Shown piece after piece: positions 39,014-51,217 of a DNA stretch of 64,000 nucleotides. The notes beneath the pieces are model-generated. The model did no database searches and was not told the origin of the DNA. It saw only the letters and a list, made by a program, of their open reading frames with translations. Source of the DNA: Eledone cirrhosa (taxonomy: Eukaryota); contig OZ024743.1 in assembly GCA_964016885.1 (NCBI GenBank), positions 20,832,001 to 20,896,000 of the forward strand. Reading direction: 5' to 3'. Every line of letters starts with the position of its first letter. The first letter of the stretch is position 1. The position numbers and the translations under genes are program-made.

Positions 39014-42000
39014 CATCATCATCATCATCACCGTTTTACGTCCGTTCTTCCACGCTAGCATGGGTTAGACGGGTTGTCCTGTTGTGGGCAGTGTCTGGTC
39101 GGCTGACCATGCCTTGCTCATACAGGAACTGATCTGGCTTGATTTCTACAGCTGGATGCCCTTCCTAACACCAACCTCATTTACAGTGAGTGCTGGGTGC
39201 TTTTTCGTGGCGCCTACACGTCCACTTTACAGTGTGGGCTGGGTGCTTTTTTGCCGTGGCACCTCCACGACCACCTTGCGGTGGGGGGGGGGGCATATTG
39301 TTTATATGCTTCAGCATGTACCCATGGGAGGTCGGGTACCCTGTATAACTGCATGACGCCAGAAGTCACGGTCGTGTGTCATTGACTTTGAGAGGTGTAG
39401 TTGGGTAAGGTCGGCTTTTATCACCTCATCCCTAGTCATCTTGGGTCTCCCCACTCCGCGGTTTCCATCAACTTCTAGTGCTCTGCACCTTTTTATGCAG
39501 CTGTCATCCTTCATACGCATCACATGTCCATACCAGCGTAACCGCCTCTCCTGCACGCAGCATTTGATTCCTCTTATGCTCAGTCTCTCTCTCAATTCCT
39601 TTATGCTTTGTCGTTCACGTATATTACTGTTACACATCCATCGGAGCATGCAGACTTCGTTTCTCTCTAATCTACGTAAGTCTTCCACCTTCAGCGCCCA
39701 GGTCTCACTACCATGCAACATCGCTGTTCGGATACACGCATCATACAGTCTGCCTTTCATTCTGAGGGAGAAGCCTTTTGCAGCTAGCAGTGGTAGTAGT
39801 TCCCTAAACTTCTTCCATCCCGTTCTTACCCTAGTTATTGTACTTTCTGAGCACCCACCTCCGTTGCTAATTCGGTCACCTAGGTAGCAGAAGCTGTCTA
39901 CTGTTTCTACAGGGCCCTCCCAGAGATTGGTGGTACTTGTTTCCTGTGGCTGTTTGCTTGCTGTTTCAGCACAGCTGCTGCATGTGAATCCTACATTCTT
40001 AATTAAGCTTCCTGAGATCCCGCTACATCTCTTGTGTACCCATTGTTTGCATTTGGGGCAGAGAATGGAGTTCCTACCTACACCTTTCCTACATACTGAG
40101 CAAGGCCATTTCCCTGAGGGGATCTGGGTTCTGTTTTCTCGTCTACTTATAAGGACCTTAGTCTTTGTCATGTTGACTTTGAGGCCCTTTCTCTCTAGTC
40201 CCTGCTTCCAGGTTTGGAATTTATTCTCTAGTTCTACCATAGATTCAGCTATGAGTGCGAGGTCATCAGCATACAGGAGTTCCCATGGGCATCCGGTCTT
40301 AAACTCCTCCGTTATTGCCTGCAGGACTATGATGAACAGGAGAGGGCTAAGAACAGAGCCCTGGTGGACCCCAACCTGTACGCTAAATTCCTCGCTATAC
40401 TCATTGCCAATCCTAACTTTGCTGACTGCTCCCCTATACATGGCTTGTACCGCTTTCACAAGCCATTCATCTACTCCTAGTTTTCTAAGAGCCCACCAGA
40501 TTACTGCACGTGGAACTCTGTCAAAGGCTTTCTCAAGGTCGACAAATGCCAAGTAGAGTGGCTTACTTTTAGCTAGGTACTTTTCCTGTAATTGCCTCAC
40601 AAGGAAGAGGGCATCAGTGGTGCCTTTCCCTGGTACAAACCCAAATTGCATCTCGTCTATATTCACCCGGTCCCTAATCAGCTGTGCTATAACTCTTTCT
40701 GTTACTTTCATGACCTGGTCCATCAACTTATACCTCTATAGTTTCCTCTATCTAGTGCATCGCCTTTACCTTTGTAGCAGTTGACAATGATGCTACTGCA
40801 CCAATCTTTTGGTATGGCCCCCTCTAGTATTACCTGGTTAACGATACGTGTGGTTATAGTGTGACCTACAGACCCAGATGCCTTCAGCATCTCGGCAGCT
40901 ATACCCGATGGACCGGTTGCCTTCCCTATCTTCATATCTCTGATTGCCTTACTTACTACGCTGCCGCTGACTTGTACTGCTGGTCCCTCTATAGGGTCTA
41001 CGTGGGGTAGGGTCTCTTCTTCCCATGCATTCTCCTCATTTAGTAATCTATCATAATGACTCTTCCATGCATCTTTCTTCTCAGCACTTGTGAGGGCAAG
41101 CTCACCTTTATCATTCCGGATACACTTCTCTCCAATGACATCACAACTATCTCTGACACACTGCCTCGCAATCTTGAATACCTCCTGTTTCTGGTCCTCA
41201 CGTTGTAAAACATGCTTGAATTTTCTATCCTCTGCTTCCCTCCTAGCTAAGTATACTTGTCGCCTAGCTTCCCTCTTGGTCTCTATGTAATGTACCCTGC
41301 TCCCCCCGTTCTTCCATTCTTTCCATGCCTGTCTCTTGGCCTTGACTGCTTCATCTACCTTATTGTTCCACCACCAAGTCACTCTCCTCCTGCTTGAGGT
41401 CTTACTCCAGCCACAAACCTCATCCGTCGCCTCTAGTAAGTTATTTTTTAGGAACTCCCAGTTCTCCTCTACGTTAAATGTCTCTATCTGTTCTTCTTTA
41501 CTGTTGTAGGCGTTGAGTAAAATATCTTTAAATCTGCTACTGGTTGAGGGGACTTTCAGCTTCCAGATTTTTCTTCTCCAGGTTGGCCTCTGTTTCAGGG
41601 CTCGTCTAGTTCTGACCGTGAGGTCGCTGACAACTAAGCTATGTTGGGATGTACATTCCTCACTAGGGAAGGCTTTTGTGTTTACGACCGTCCATCTGTC
41701 ACGTCCTCTGATGAGGATAAAATCTAACTGACTAGAGTGCTCCCCTGATCTATAGGTGATCAGGTGGTTGTCGGGTTTTTTAAAGTTTGTGTTACATATC
41801 GACATGTCATTGGCGTCGCAGAATTCTAGAAGTCTGAATCCTTCCTCATTCCTTGTGCCAACTCCATGGCCTCCATGTACTCTATTGAAGCCGTCGCAGT
41901 GTTTACCTACGTGTCCGTTAAAATCTCCTGCAATGATTAGGAAGTCCTTGTCGTCTGTTAGAGCAGTAGTGTGTATTAGGGACTCGTAAAACCTATCCTT

Positions 42001-42630
42001 AAGTTCGTCTGGCAGCCCCGATTGGGGTGCGTAAGCTGATATTATTGTGGTAATTGTCTTATTCAGGACTAGTCTGAGTTTAATGATTCTTGCATTTACC
42101 CTGTACACTGAGATTACTTTATCTACCCACTTGTCAGCTAATAGTATACCTACACCACCCATCCCATCGTCATTTCCCACCCAGAAAAATTTGTAGCACT
42201 GGCTTTTTCCTACAAGGACTCTAGCAGACCCTCCTCTCCATCTAGTCTCTTGCACACAGCATACATCAACTTCCTTTCGCTCTAGCATTTCTACGATTTC
42301 TCCTGCTCTTCCTTTCATTGAGCCTACATTGATGGTACCAACTCGGAGTTTTGGGCATTTGTCGACACTCGTAGGGGAGGGTCTCTGGGTTGGCGCTTCA
42401 CGTGGGTGCTTGGTAGCTCGCAGATTCATATTTTATCTATTGATTCAGAGTTGCTCGTGTATTCCCAGCTCATCCATCCATAACGGTGGGAAAATTGAGG
42501 GCTAGAAGAACAGTGGTGGTGGGGTAATGGCAGGGTGTGTTGGGATGCGCCAGAGGAGGAGAGAGTTAGTTAGGCAGGTAGTAGCAGCAGCAGTGGAAAT
42601 GGCATGCTAGGTTTGATTGGTCGAATAGAC
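39014..42630 (-). mobile_element. Near-full-length RTE LINE family B
   Basis: ORFs 40723-42429 and 39311-40726; (GAT)n tail; very similar to the 28225 copy. Confidence 0.95.
39311..42429 (-). pseudogene. RTE APE-RT polyprotein broken by a single 1-bp deletion at ~40728
   Basis: catcaacttatacc here versus catcaactttatacc in the 29941 copy. Confidence 0.92.
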
Positions 42631-42675
42631 TATGGTGGTGTGTGGGGGTGGGGGGGGGGGGAGGGAAATTGTGAG

Positions 42676-43278
42676 GTAGGAACTGAGGGTCGCATGGTAA
42701 ATATCCAAGTTAATACTACATCAGTAAAATTAACAATAATAATGTCATGAAAAACTACTAAGAGAAACCCTCGAAAATTTATCGCTAATACAGCAGGGAA
42801 AATTTAACGCTAATACAGCAGGGAACATCATAATATTAACGACAATATGTAGGCTAAAATACCTTCGTAGATTAGATGGATGGCTGGAAAAATTGGAATC
42901 AGCTCTAGTGATACATTTTAGCAGAGAAGAATGGGAAAGTGTCTTATCTCTTCAATATTTTCAGATTGAATGAATTAGGTTAAAGACAGGGTAGTAAGCC
43001 TTAAAGAAGTGCATAGAGAGGGGGGGGGGGGTAGGAACTGAGGGTCGCATGGTAAATAACTGAGAGAGATACAATAGGATTAGAATACCGCATGGTAAAT
43101 ATCCAAGTTAATAAGTTAATACTACATCAGTAAAATTAACAATAATAACGTCATGAAAAACTACTAAGAGAAACCCTCGAAAATTTATCGCTAATACAGC
43201 AGGGAAAATTTAACGCTAATACAGCAGGGAACATCATAATATTAACGACAATATGTAGGCTAAAATACCTTCGTAGAT
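42676..43278. repeat. ~195 bp direct repeats (42676-42870, 43032-43278) with an internal cgctaatacagcagggaa duplication
   Basis: Seen directly. Confidence 0.85.
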
Positions 43279-43358
43279 ATATATATATTTTTTTACATAT
43301 ACATATATATATAAACTACATATATATACATATAAATACATTATACACATATCCACAC

Positions 43359-43389
<31 letters not shown>

Positions 43390-43399
43390 CACATATGTG

Positions 43400-43913
43400 C
43401 ATACCCTCCATCAGACACCTACCATACTCTGAACGCCTTGCTTCCCTGGGCATGGATTCATTGAAGCTCCGTCCGATGTCTGGCAATGGACTTGATAAAC
43501 ACCCACAAAGTTATTAACCATCTCGCCAACAACAACCCTGAGCACCTTTTTGATCTCCATGTGTCTAACACACGTGGACATCCCTACAAATTCAGAAAAC
43601 AGCACAGCTCCCATGACTTTCGGAAACATTTTTTCACGCTTAGAGTTGCTGAAGCATGGAATAAACTGCCTGCGTCAGTTGTTAGCTGCCAAGACACTGC
43701 ATCCTTTAAAACCCTCATGCTTCCCGAAATTCACCAAAACTACACCTGAGATACCCCTTCCATACACATGCACACATGTGTATACCATGACTCATGCACT
43801 GTTCATTTTCCTGATGTTTGTACATTACCCTATGTTCTATACATATACTTTTGATGAGTTGTAGTGCACCTGAGCACTGTACACAATATTTTCATTATTA
43901 TTATTATTATTAT
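43400..43913 (+). mobile_element. 5'-truncated CR1/L2-like LINE 3' end
   Basis: ORF 43486-43749 is nearly identical to 2200-2493; (ATT)n tail. Confidence 0.88.
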
Positions 43914-44029
43914 ATCTGTACACCTACAGGCACATATATAAAAATAACACATCTATACACACATCCACTCAAGTGTTTAAGTTCATATATACATTGGTGT
44001 GGGGAAGGGTAAATTAATGAAATTGTACC

Positions 44030-44470
44030 TCTCCAAGACAATGTCACTGGACCGAGATCTTTGGTGCTACACAGTAATACAGAAGACCCGCCTTGCCTAA
44101 GTACAAAGCGAAACCTACAGTCAGTAGGCACCTCTAACAAAAACACACCCCGTCCCACTACCCCCACCTCATCAACACCACCCCTTTCGATGTAAAGTTA
44201 TGTTGGTACCACAACATCCAGTCCGAAACAAATGAGGTTGTGTAGGTGTCTTAACAAAAAAACACACAGTCCACGCTGTAATGTGGCCGTGTAGGTAACA
44301 CGTTAAAACCTCCCAGTCCACACTGTAGACGTGGTTGGAGTTAGGAAGGGCATCCAGCCGTAGAAGACCCGCCAGACAGTCCTATACGAGCAGGACAACC
44401 AATATTGCCTCAAGTGGGAAAACTCCCGTCCAAACCCATGCAAGCGTGAAAGATGAACGTTAAATGATGA

Positions 44471-44473
<3 letters not shown>
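44030..44473 (+). mobile_element. RTE family A 3' fragment, diverged
   Basis: Reverse complement of 33617-34075; ends in gatgatgat running into (TA)n. Confidence 0.85.
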
Positions 44474-44513
<40 letters not shown>

Positions 44514-44890
44514 GTATATATATATATATAATGTATATATATATATAATGTATATAGATATATAATGTATATATATAATGTATATATATATATAATGTAT
44601 ATATATATATATATAATGTATATATATATATATAATATATATATAATGTATATATATATATATATATATATAATGTATATATATATATATATATATAATG
44701 TATATATATATATATATATAATGTATATATATATATTATATATATATATATATATATAATGTATATATATATATATATATATAATGTATATATATATATA
44801 TATATATAATGTATATATATATATATAATGTATATATATATATAATATATATATATATATATAATATATATATATATGTATATATAATAT
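44474..44890. repeat. (TA)n tract punctuated by AATG
   Basis: Seen directly. Confidence 0.95.
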
Positions 44891-45122
44891 ATATTTATTA
44901 AAATAACAGATTGAAGTTTAAGCAAAGAATCGCTGCTTTCACTCTTAAAGGGTTCTTCTGGAAGTTTCAGAAGATCCCGTTAAGGGTGAAAGCAGCGATT
45001 CTTTGCTTAAACTTTAATCTGTTATTTTAATAAATATTTGCTCTATGGTTCTTATATATTTGATATATATTTATCCTTATCGAGCCCTCTTTGGATTTTA
45101 GTCTTTAAATTTATTATAGTTA
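44889..45122 (+). mobile_element. Fold-back pLTR fragment with a one-sided tail
   Basis: Inverted arms ~44889-44961 and ~44967-45037; tail to ~45122; partial third copy at 45255-45300. Confidence 0.75.
44962..45014 (+). ncRNA. Variant type I hammerhead (core CAGAAGA, CUU triplet)
   Basis: Stem I aagttt/aaactt; stem II ccc/ggg; GAAA; stem III AGCA/TGCT. Confidence 0.55.
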
Positions 45123-45138
45123 ATATATATAATATATA

Positions 45139-45178
<40 letters not shown>

Positions 45179-45311
45179 TATATAATATATTATAATATAT
45201 ATATATATAATATACAATATATATATATATATATAGTAATAATAATAAATTTGAAGATTCTTTGCTTAAACTTTAATCTGTTATTTTAATAAATATATAT
45301 ATATATATATA

Positions 45312-46869
45312 TAGGAACAAGTAAGACCCCGACGGCTGAGCTCAAGCCGTTTCGACGGCTAATTCTGGACTGAATGAAAATTTATTCTGGTATTTGAATA
45401 GCCGAGCTTATCAAGGTATAATTCCATATATGGTCAAAGAGACAATCACCAGGATTGGTCACATCACAAGTTAGTAGTAAATCGGTGATGGCAAATGGTG
45501 GGGGAAGGGGTAGCTAAACCTGCCGGTAGGAGAAAAAGGGTGAGGGGGTGGAGTAGACCCATTCATGCGTTGGTAGTGCCGGCTACAGCTGGGCGTGAGG
45601 TCAAATGGATACTGGGGAGGGGGAGGAATTCGAAACAGTAAGTAGAACAATGTAGGGTAAAACTATAAACAGTACTGAGAGAGAAAAAAAAAAAATAGCA
45701 AAGTCTGGTTACTAAGACTTAAGTCTCTCGCTATTGCTAGGCTAAAGAAATACATAAATAAATAAATAAACAAATACGTGAATAAAAGAATAGATAAATA
45801 AATTTAAAAATATATATAATGAAGAATAAAATACTAAGAGACTGCCACGAAATAATAAAGGTTTCTACCCCAATCACAGGGCCAGCAACCACCCAGTGCA
45901 AGTAAACTAGTACGAGAATATAATTTAGGGTCCCGCAAAAAAATACTAGTGCTAACTCTAAGGGTACCGCCACGAAACGAAAAGTCTTATACACGCTACA
46001 TGAAAGATCGTACGAAGTAAAAGTAAAGAACGGAAAATTAATACAGAAACACCACCACCCCCCCCCCCCAAACAAAAAGGAAAAAGAAGAAAGAAATACT
46101 GGATAAACGAGAAATTAAAGCAAAGATGCCACTAAGAAATATAGAAGGTACGGAAAAAAGGGACAGCAGTCGGAGAAGGTGGCAAGTATCCGAAGTCTAA
46201 CACCTCTGCTATAAAAAGCGGAGTCAGCCAGATCTATCATAGAATAGGGGAAGGGGGTGGGGGTGTTGAAGGTACAAGGGACCGAGGGGCTACCTCGGGT
46301 GGGCGAGAAAAAGACGACGACAAAGAAAAGGAACTGGGGTAGAAGGACTAGGGAGGGATGGGGGGAAGAAGGAAATATAGAGGAAGCGATAAAAGAATGT
46401 AAAAGAAGATCTTACGTCTCAGTACTGTTTATAGTTTTACGCTTCATTGTTCTACTTACCGTTTCGAATTCCTCCCCCTCCCCCTCCCCAGTATCCATTT
46501 GACCTCACGCCCAGCTGTAGCTGGCACTACCAACGCATGAATGGGTCTACTCCACCCCCTCTCCCTTTTTCTCCTACCGGCAGGTTTAGCTACCCCTTCC
46601 CCCACCAATTTGCCATCACCGATTTACTACTAACTTGTGATGTGACCAATCCTGGTGATTGTCTCTTTGACCATATATGGAATTACCCCTTGATAAGCTC
46701 GGCTATTCAAATACCAGAATAAATTTTCATTCAGTCCAGAATTAGCCGTCGAAACGGCTTGAGCTCAGCCGTCGGGGTCTTACTTGTTCCTATTACCCAC
46801 TCTACTACCCTAAGTATTGAGTACTTTGGTGCGTTATGGTCCACCTGGTTCCTTACCACATTTCCTTTG

Positions 46870-46872
<3 letters not shown>
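45312..46872. mobile_element. Penelope-like inverted-pLTR insertion in (TA)n
   Basis: ~370 bp inverted arms 45312-45680 and 46417-46793; ~80 bp tail on the right arm only; hammerhead inside the arms. Confidence 0.75.
46685..46778 (+). ncRNA. Type I hammerhead with U3-A8 covariation
   Basis: Stem I acccc/ggggt; core TTGATAA; stem II cggcta/tagccg; GAAAC; stem III ACGGCT/AGCCGT; GTC triplet at 46771-46773. Confidence 0.72.
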
Positions 46873-46920
<48 letters not shown>

Positions 46921-47016
46921 ATATAATATATATATGATATATATAATATATAAATAATATATATATATAATATATATATATAAATATATATATATATAAT
47001 ATATATATAATATATA

Positions 47017-48070
47017 TCATCATCATCATCATCATCATAGGTTTAGCGTCCGTGTTCCACGCTTGCATGGGTTTGGACGGGGGTTTTCCCACTTGAGGCA
47101 AGAGTGGTTGTCTTGCTCGCCTAGGACTGTCTGGCGGGTTTTCTACAGTTGGATGCCCTTCCTAACACCAACCACATTTACAGTGTGGGGCTGGGAGGTT
47201 TTTACCGTGTTGCCTACATGGCCACATTACAGCGTGGACTGTCTGGCGGGTTTTCTACAGCTGGATGCCCTTCCTAACACCAACCACATTTACAGTGTGG
47301 GGCTGGGAGGTTTTTACCGTGTTGCCTACACGGCCACATTTACAGCGTGGACTGTGTGTTTTTTGTCGTGACACCTACACGATCTCATTTGTTTCGGCCT
47401 GGATGTTGTGGGACCAACATAACTTTACATTGAAAGGGGCGGTGTGGGTGGGGTGGTGGGACGGGGGTGTGTTTTGATAGAGATGCCTACTGACTGTAGT
47501 AGGTTTTTACTTTGTATTTAGGTAAGGCGGGTCTTCTCTATTACTGAGTACCGCCAAAGGTCTCGGTCCAGTGACATTGTCTTGGAGAGGTGTAAGCGTG
47601 TGAGGTCGGAATTTATCAGCTCGTCCCAGGTTTTTCTGGGTCTGCCTACTCCGTGGCTACCGTCTATCTTTATTGCCCTGCACTTTGTTATACAGCTGTC
47701 GTCTTTCATGCGCATCACGTGACCGTACCAACGTAGCCTTCTCTCGAGTAAACAACATCTGATCCCTCTTATTTCTAATTTTTTCCTTAGTTCGTTTATG
47801 CTTTGCCGTTCACGTATATTACTATTGCACATCCAGCGGAGCATGCAAGCTTCGTTCCTCTCTAGTCTGCGTATATCCTCTGCACACAATGCCCAGGTCT
47901 CACTGCCATGCAGCATTGCTGTTCGTATGCAGGCATCGTATAACCTGCCTTTCATTTTTAGGGAGAACCCTCTAGCGGCTAATAGTGGTATAAGCTCTCT
48001 AAACTTTTTCCATCCAGTTCTGACTCTAGTTACTGTACTTTCAGAGCACCCTCCCCCACTGCTGATTTTG
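47017..48070 (-). mobile_element. 5'-truncated RTE family A
   Basis: ORF 47518-47955; duplicated 3'UTR unit; both ends in (TA)n. Confidence 0.93.
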
Positions 48071-48072
48071 TC

Positions 48073-48074
<2 letters not shown>

Positions 48075-48111
<37 letters not shown>

Positions 48112-48138
48112 GTCATATTATATATATATATATAATAT

Positions 48139-48183
<45 letters not shown>

Positions 48184-48215
48184 ATATTATATATATATAT
48201 ATATATATAATATAT

Positions 48216-48260
<45 letters not shown>

Positions 48261-48545
48261 ATATTATATATATATATATTATATATATTATATATATATA
48301 TATAATATATATATATATTATATATATATATATATTATATATATATATATATTATATATTAATATATATATATATATTATATATATATATATATATTATA
48401 TATATATATATATTATATATAATATATATATATATTATATTTATATATATATATATTATATATATATATATATTATATATATATATATATTATATATATA
48501 TATATATTATATATCAAATCAACCTTCTCAAATATATATATATTA
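48075..48545. repeat. (TA)n tract
   Basis: Seen directly. Confidence 0.95.
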
Positions 48546-48624
48546 TATACCAAATCAACCTTCTCAAATGCAAGTAGATGTTACGGTATGTCGAATCTAT
48601 TTATCTATAAAACTGTTTATATTG

Positions 48625-48690
48625 TATTTTGTCTGAGGAAGGCATAGCATATTGTTAATATGATATCCCTGAAATATATATAATGAAATA
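48625..48690 (+). ncRNA. Type I hammerhead (GAAAU/AUA variant)
   Basis: Stem I tattttgt/atgaaata; CTGAGGA; long stem II aggcatagcatatt/aatatgatatccct; GAAAT-atat-ATA. Confidence 0.65.
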
Positions 48691-48819
48691 AATAAGGTTT
48701 TATAAATATAGTTTCCATTTATTTAATATTGTAAATATACTCCAAATATTTGTCGAGTGCTTTTATATCAGTTATAAATATTTACTAGTTGTAACCCAAC
48801 AATTTAAATATAACTTTCC

Positions 48820-48882
48820 ATATATATATATTATATATATATTATATATAATATATATATATATTATATATATATATATATA

Positions 48883-48973
<91 letters not shown>

Positions 48974-49174
48974 ATTTTATATATTATATATATATATTTT
49001 ATATATTATATATATATATATATTATATATATATATATTATATATATATATATATATTATATATATATATATATTATATATATATATATATTATATATAT
49101 ATATATATTATATATATATTATATATATATATATATTATATATATATATATATTATATATATATATATTATATA

Positions 49175-49217
<43 letters not shown>

Positions 49218-49275
49218 TATATATATATATTATATATTATATATATATATTATATATATATATATATATTATATA
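48820..49275. repeat. (TA)n tract
   Basis: Seen directly. Confidence 0.95.
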
Positions 49276-49279
49276 ATGT

Positions 49280-50720
49280 ATAAAAATCAATACAATATAA
49301 TTACCTCATTACCAGAGGTTTCCCGAATGAGGCGAATACGAAATAAACGACTTCATTCGTTCGTCAGACGAGGCAATATAAAACATGGGCAAATACTTAG
49401 AAAAACACATCAAGAAAATCAAAAAAGATATAGATAAATGAAATAGAAATTGAAATATATAAAAATCTATCAAGAAATATAGTAGGTGTGTGTATATGTA
49501 TGTATATACGCTCACAGATGTGCATATATGTATATGTGTACATATACATGTATAGTGAGAAAGTGTGCGTAATTCTAAAATAGGGCAAATGTATCTATAT
49601 GTCTGTATTATACAAACAGAAATGGTTACATCGTAAATATATGAATATGAAGGCGCGCGCATAAAACGCCTGGACACTCGTACGCTTAGGTGCGGAAAGA
49701 AAGGAGGTAAGGGAGTGTAATAATTAAAAGAAAAGGGTCAGTCTCGATATATTTATAAAAATATAATAACGACAAATTAGAAAGAAAAAATTAAAGAAAA
49801 CAAAAAAAGGGGGGTATATACATACACAGACACGCGTGTCTCACAAAAGAAATGTAAAAATAATTATGCTTATATAAACACGCGCACTTACACTTCCATA
49901 CGTTCGATACGTACATACACACACACACATACCTATACTCACGCATATAAACCTGTTTACATGCCCACATATGAAACTGAGTAAGTAAAAAAAGGGAAGG
50001 GGGGAGAAGAAAAAAGGAACAAAACATAAAACCGAGATGTCAAAAACACGGATATAAAGACACGTACACATACGCATAATATATACATACACACACACAC
50101 AAACACCTGTACACACACACACATACACACACACACACACACATATACATACACACACATACACGCACGCGCGCGCACATACGTAGTCACTCATGTACAT
50201 ATATAAAAAGTATACACACATTAAGGCGTTCAGCCATATTGAAATGTGGATAAATAAGTACAAATATAAAATTGTAAGATAGGCTGCGCAAAAATAAAAT
50301 AAAAATGAAAATGTCTGGATTGAAAAACACAAAAGACAAGTGTAATCAGTTAGTGGAGGAAAAAGGGAAGTAAAAGAAGGGGAAGTAAAAAATAGAAAAT
50401 AGGAAGTGGATCGGAGAATAAGGGGGGGGGGGAATGTGAAGTAAAAATAAATAAAAGTGAAAATAAATGAAATTATTGACAAGGATAAAGATGAAAATAA
50501 GTCAGAAAGGGTAATTAAAAAGAGAATAATAAGAGTTTATGGAGGATAAGTATCTGAAAGTGTGTTAAGTTTATATGAGCTGGAAAGCAGGTGTGATTTC
50601 ATGTGTGGGCAACTGGTGAAAATTTCCGTCTTTGTGTTCAGGCAGGTCTTTGGTGATTTAAGATTTTGCAATATCCAAAATTTTTCATTTATGCAGAGCG
50701 TAATTGTGAGGTAGGGAGAG
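49280..50720 (-). mobile_element. 3' end of a Penelope-like element: ORF C-terminus, long 3'UTR/pLTR and hammerhead
   Basis: LCINEKFWIL...CLNTKTEIFTSCPHMKSHLL (stop at 50537) resembles the LCxxEK...LNxxxE...CxH C-terminus of GIY-YIG PLE proteins; ends in (TA)n. Confidence 0.68.
49301..49376 (-). ncRNA. Canonical type I hammerhead
   Basis: - strand: ttgcctcgt CTGACGA acgaatga...tcattcgg GAAACC tct GGTA atgaggtaa. Confidence 0.8.
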
Positions 50721-50749
50721 AGGGTCGCCGTCAAGATGGGTGACTGGAA

Positions 50750-51127
50750 CGAAGCCAAATCAACTCTAGTGATTCATGGGTGAAGAGGGAACGGGAGGTA
50801 ATGGGTGGCTTAGAGATAGATAGAGAGAGGGTAGCCATCATAGAGAGAGAGGGTCGCCGCATGGCAAAAATAGCCGATAGAATACATCAACAATAATATT
50901 AATAATAATAATAGCGTCATGGCCTGAAGCCTTCAAGATGGAAAGATAGACAGAGACGAGGAAAAATAGACAGAGTCAGCATGGTTGTAGAATAACAAAG
51001 TGGCTGTGAGGTAGGTAGCTTAAATACCTTCGTAAAATTTGTATGGATGGATGACTGGAACGAAGCCAAATCAACTCTGGTGATTCATGGGCGAAGAGGG
51101 AACGGGAGGTAATGGGTGGCTTAGAGA
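50750..51127. repeat. ~78 bp direct repeats (50750-50828, 51052-51127)
   Basis: tgactggaacgaagccaaatcaactct(a/g)gtgattcatggg...ggcttagagata occurs twice. Confidence 0.85.
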
Positions 51128-51160
51128 TATATATTATATATATTTATATTATATATATAT

Positions 51161-51191
<31 letters not shown>

Positions 51192-51217
51192 TATATATAT
51201 ATATATTATATATATAT

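Noticed and set aside
37963-39132. Long Y/I/H/T-rich ORFs here and at 44410, 47798, 49841, 54295 and 60475
   Set aside because: They are translations of TA/CA microsatellites
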